Source of the DNA: Azolla caroliniana
Taxonomy: Eukaryota; Plantae; Polypodiophyta
NCBI GenBank assembly: GCA_043228905.1
Contig: JBHGNT010000022.1
Location: forward strand, 2,108,001 to 2,172,000
Direction: 5' to 3'
DNA length: 64,000 bases
Part shown: positions 59,626-64,000 of the stretch, piece by piece
Numbering within the stretch: position 1 is the first letter of the stretch
Layout of the letters: each line of letters opens with the position of its first letter
The notes under the pieces: generated by a model
What the model was told of the DNA's origin: nothing
What the model saw: the letters and a program-made list of their open reading frames with translations, nothing else
The model's database searches: none
Position numbers and translations under genes: made by a program

Positions 59626-62501
59626 GTTGCACACTATGTGGAAATTATATTTTTGTCCCTCCGGATAGAGAATGGAGTGCTCGGTGAGAACCGGAAGAAA
59701 ACGGCATACCGGCAAGGAGGAAAAACGGCATACCGGCAAGGAGGAAAACGGCATACCGGCAAGGAAGAAAACGGCATACCGGCAAGGAAGAGCCGGATAA
59801 AGAGACATAAATGTAAAAAGAAAGGAAATACTCACTACTGCGCAGGGCGTGATTCAAACTCTGCACCTCCACGTTGACAAACCCCAACCTTACCATTACA
59901 TTAACTTATCTTAAGTGTTTTAAATATAGATTTAATACGTATAAGACCTTTATTTATGCATACCTTTATTAAAAGGTAAATCGTGTATTTTTTTAATATA
60001 TGAAAAAGAAAAACACGAGACACTAAAAATAACTCATGCACATCTAGCGTGCATGAGCCCTATACTTAGGAAATAAAAAAGCATCACATACACATTTAGT
60101 GGACATGAACACTTTTTGTAAAAAACAAAAAGCATGAAGCCATGCTTAGCTCTTCCTCCCTTATATAAGGAGGAGAGAAATATGTAAAGGGTTGTTGATT
60201 ATTTGGATTAAGTATTAATCAATACAAAAATTATTCGTGGGATTCACGATTTATACATCTACTTCTCTCCTAACACCCTAAGTACCAATTAATATAGTAT
60301 ACTCGTGTGATTCACGAGTTTCTTATCTTTCTCTTCGCTATTTATTCATAATTAATCTTTATCTCACGAACTTCTTTCTCCTAGTCCAAGACCTCTGTGG
60401 TTCCCACCCGACTCACGCAACGATCCGGAGCCGAAAGGCACGACAGCGTGATTTGCTTCCCATGTCTGCTCGAAGGCATGAACATGCGCTTCCGCGTCTG
60501 GATCATCGCGATACTTTGAGTATTGGAACGGCATGTCGTCGTCCAGTATTAGGCCGCGGTTTAGCGACGTTTGTTGATATCTTTCCGGTTTTCTCTCCGG
60601 TTCCACGTCCGGTTCTTATGCCGGTGCTTTTTCCGGTTCCTTCACCGGCTCTTTTGTTGGTGTCGGTGGATTAGCTTCTTCCACTTCCGGTGTTGGTGGG
60701 TTGATGGCTTCCGTTTGCGGTTCCGGATAGCCCTGGTCAAACGGTTCCGGTTCTGGAGTCGGCACGGTATCCGACCCGTCGTCCTCCGGGCCGCCGGGGG
60801 TATCGTTGTTGCTCCGGTAGTTCGTGTGCACGCTGTATCCCCCTTCGGAATCCGATTCGTAGGCTGAAAAGGCTTCTGCCTCGTTTTCTCCGCTTGCCAG
60901 CGCCTCGAGGAGGCGTTCGGTTTCCCGGAGACTACTTAGACCGCTTCCGTCGTCCTGGTCGCGAGTTTGCTGTAACCGAAGAGATTCCTCCGCGACTCTC
61001 CGGATCTCGTTGGAGAACGAACGATCCGAGCGAATTTCGTGCGCTGCTTGCTAGAAAGTCTCACGCCGTCTTTGTCGTTCGGCGAGGCGTCGAGCTCGGT
61101 CTGTAACCAGGTCGTGCGTTGGTCTAGTCATCCATTAAGCCGTCGTTCGCTGCGAGAAAGCAGGAATCGTGGTCGCCAAAACTGTGTTATTCTCTGACCG
61201 GACAAGGCCTAACACAAGGTGTCACGGAGACACTTCACCAAAGGGTGATTACGGCATAGGATTATGACTCAACGATTACACCGACTTAAGTAGGTTACAC
61301 GATTAGAGCGCTTTGGTTAATTACACGCGTAAGATATAACAGTAAGTACAGAACGGAAATCAACACAGAAGTATAAACACCATACGCTCTATTAATTATC
61401 CGCTGCGATTACAATGGGGTCCGGGCCTTTAAATAGGTTTCCGGCCCGTAGTACAAAACGGTGCCTATCGCACCTATTCGGGATCCGTCCGGATCTGGAA
61501 CGGCATACCGTTTCCAGTCCATCCGTCCACACTATGCTTATTTACAACCATACTTAATTAATTCCTTCACTCCGTATTTTGGACTCCTTGCCGGCCGGTA
61601 ACATTGAGAACCTCTGCAGCCGACACTTGCTTTCGTAGACAAACCGTAGAACCCGGTAACAACAGACGGAGAGAAGATATGGATAGAGGAATGGCGAGTT
61701 CACTTCCAACAGAGAAGCTCGATCAGAGCAACTACGTGTCCTGGCCATACAAGATGCACTAGTACCTGCTAGGGCATGAATATCGGAGCTTTGTGAAAGG
61801 AACAAACGAGGTAGTACCGGAGCCGACACACGAGGACTTCCCGGTATGGGAGCATGGAGAGAGCCGAGTATTGTATTGCCTCGCCTCCTGTGTGCATGAC
61901 CAGATGCTCGGCTACATAAAGGATGCGAAAACGCCGAAGGAGGCTTGGGGAAATCTGAGGGAGATTTTCGCCGCGAGTATCATAACTTGTAAGTTGCAGC
62001 TCCAGCAAGAGCTGAACAACATCCAACAAAGAGACATGTCGGTTACGGACTTCACCACCAAAATAAAGGAAATTTGTGATGCACTCGGGTCCATCAACGT
62101 GACAGTGGACGAAGACGAGATGATTCAAATCTGCCTCGGTGGTCTAGCACAATGATACGGGTCAATCCGGACGACGATCTACACCCGGGAGAAGCCCTCG
62201 TCCTTTGACTTACAATCAATGTTGATGGTCCAAGAAAACCACGTGAGCGGATCGACGACCACTCAATCGGACAACCGGATGCTCTACACGGAGTAGGATC
62301 AGCCCTGTGGACGTAGAGGACGAGGTGGGTCGGCACGCAATGGAGGCGGCCGGCAAGAGCAACACCGAAGGCACAAAGACAGTGTTGATAGCTCTTTCGA
62401 ACCCTACACAAGTAGGGGGAGTCAATGCAGTTCTGGGAACCAGGAAGGAAAGGCCGACACAGAATCCTGGTACTGTTGCAAGAAAGGCCAGAAGGAAAGC
62501 G

Positions 62502-64000
62502 TGCGTGCGTGCAGAAGGGTGGGACCACGGGGGTCTCGGACGAGGGGGAAAAGGGATGCCAAGAAAACCAACTCCAGACACGACTCGGAGGCAACCGAAC
62601 ACGAGAGAGAGAGAGAAAAGAGAGAGAGAGAGAGAAAAGAGAGAGAGAGAGAGAGCATGCGCGTGACACCGACTCTTATGCACAGGAAACAAGAGCGGCT
62701 ATGCTCCCGACACCACCAGATACACCAATATGCACAAACAGATATAAGTGTATATATTACAAAGGAGAAAGATACAACCCTGGCTTCGAGCCGGCTACGC
62801 CCAGAAGAAAAGAAATTAACCCTAACAGCTTTGCCGCCATGGCTGCGGCGCCCGACTTCTCAAGAAGGAGAAGAAGAAGAAGAACTAACCCTAGAAATAA
62901 AATGATCTTCTACATAATGGTATAGCCTTATGACTCAAAATGGGCAACCCCATACAAGAGACCCCTCACTTCCTTTTATAGCCTAAGGAGGGAGGAACGT
63001 TATAATGTGGGATCAATACTCACCCCTTATTCTATACACCGTTTTCCTACTATACATGTGCACATGTTGCACACCACCGACTTGCCCTATTCCACCCTGA
63101 TTTCACACTATAGTCGGAAATCTTCACGACATCCACCCCCACCAAACCACACATCCACCAGTATGTGCCAAGGAAGGAAAAGGGGTGAGAGATTTCGGCG
63201 ACGGTGAGCAACCGGGTCCTCCGCCTTACCGACACCCAATAGTCTCGCCGGCTCCTTGCCGGCGCCGATCCATCTTGCCGGCTCCTTACCGGTCTCGACC
63301 CGTCTCTCCATCCGATCCACCACGTCCGCTGCACGCACCTTCTTCTTCGACCGGCCCTCCCGAACACCGTTGCCAACCCGGTTTCTCTTCCTTCGCTCGC
63401 CATGCATGTCCTTCTGTGGGTTCTTCCCGTGTGCCATTATCGTTCCCTGAGTACGCGCTCGTGTTTTTCCCTTGCTTGCCATCACCCCAACCTCCATATC
63501 GGTGCCCTTCGTGTCGTCCCGGTTGTCGTCCCGTGTTGTTGCCCATCACGTTCGTCCCCTCGCCGCCACCTTCCGTCTCCTTGGTCTTATGTTGCCACGT
63601 CGGCTTGGACCGCCAAGGTCTTCAGAACCATTGTGGAGGAACCCTCTCCGGCCTTCTGTTCCAGATCACTAGAACCGGCAACCTATCTCCGCGCCGGTGT
63701 TCTTGCTCTGGCACCTCCGTGTGCCGCGCATCCGCCTTCCTTGTTCGGCACAGCCAGTGCCGAACACCGTCCCGTACTCGTGCTTCGCTTTGGCCCTTGA
63801 TGGCCACATGCACGTCTTCCGTTCCGCTTTCGGGTGTGCCTTTCCCGGCTCGGCCCACCGCTCCTTAACCGGGTGTCCCCGACAACTTACATGAAGATCA
63901 CCCTTGCCGCGTCCCGGCCCGCATCCGGCCTCCCCGTAGGCCTACCCCTTCCTCCCTTCCGGATCGGTTATCCGGAAGTCCGCTCCGCCCGGTTCTCGTA
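62502..64000 (-). mobile_element. Insertion J: probable long LTR in minus orientation, interrupting the E gag zinc knuckle; runs off the right edge
   Basis: E gag homology stops abruptly at KKGQKES|TG. A GA-rich U5-like tract follows, TATAAAAG lies on the minus strand at ~62980-62973, and there is no credible coding motif. Confidence 0.55.

Larger units (their letters stand above)
53114..60445 (+). mobile_element. Element H: young Ty3/Gypsy with Ylt1/fungal-type Pol, 4-bp TSD and tRNA-Trp PBS
   Basis: 833-bp LTRs 53114-53946 and 59613-60445 (one difference seen); TSD GCGT (53110-53113 / 60446-60449); PBS 53951-53968; PPT GGAGGGGGCGAG 59601-59612. Confidence 0.96.
47961..61131 (-). pseudogene. 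gag-pol: D gag-pol, single frame, split by H (53114-60445), with in-frame stops (e.g. 61050, 60616, 48765)
   Basis: Three CCHC knuckles; VIDGGSGVN protease; RT FLDGFSGYNQI and VFLDD; RNaseH FVDAS; integrase WGLDFVGP, ISDQG, QANGLAE. Confidence 0.9.
44464..61603 (-). mobile_element. Element D: non-chromovirus (Athila/Tat-group-like) Ty3/Gypsy with a 3' extra ORF; contains H
   Basis: 419-bp LTRs 44464-44882 and 61185-61603 (about 3 differences); TSD TTGAG (44459-44463 / 61604-61608); PBS TGGCGACCAC 61178-61169 (tRNA-Arg-like); order PR-RT-RH-IN. Confidence 0.95.
38333..62501 (+). mobile_element. Element E: Ty1/Copia 5' part (LTR 38333-38703 + 44371-44439, PBS 44440-44451, gag 61691-62501), interrupted by A2, D and J
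   Basis: The LTR starts TGTTGAGTGAACAAGCTC. Sequence is continuous across the A2 and D TSDs (ACGAGGGTTGAG|AACCTC). Gag MASSLPTEKLD...WYCCKKG. Confidence 0.85.

Noticed and set aside
63050-63894. Several overlapping ORFs in J
   Set aside because: GC-rich low-complexity sequence with no recognisable motif.

Overview
Land-plant nuclear DNA (the mix of element families suggests a non-seed plant such as a fern; this is inference). There is one clear host gene, a 3-exon ZIP2/ZIP11-type zinc transporter (10054-12094, +). Almost everything else is a nested stack of LTR retrotransposons, most delimited here by LTR pairs, PBS/PPT and target-site duplications (TSDs). Labels used: T, a chromovirus-like Ty3/Gypsy (1-2756, -) inserted in Copia G (2757-~5273). 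Copia B (13099-30261, -) contains a solo LTR, Copia A1 and Copia C1. Truncated Copia C2 sits in the 3' LTR of deleted Copia F. Copia E sits in F's 5' LTR and contains Copia A2, Gypsy D (44464-61603, -) and a further LTR-like insertion J. D itself contains Gypsy H (53114-60445, +). Main points: (1) H has a 4-bp TSD, an 18-nt tRNA-Trp PBS, a fungal Ylt1-like Pol and a -1 frameshift heptamer followed by an H-type pseudoknot. (2) T has a Tf1-style self-priming PBS, a G_UUA_AAC slippery site with a stem-loop, and a tRNA-like/Pol III cassette in its LTR. (3) One Copia lineage has Pol running past an internal PPT copy into a conserved charged tail. (4) D carries a PMD-like/coiled-coil extra ORF and lacks a canonical PPT. 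(5) Both C1 LTRs match C1's own insertion flank at 20/21 nt.
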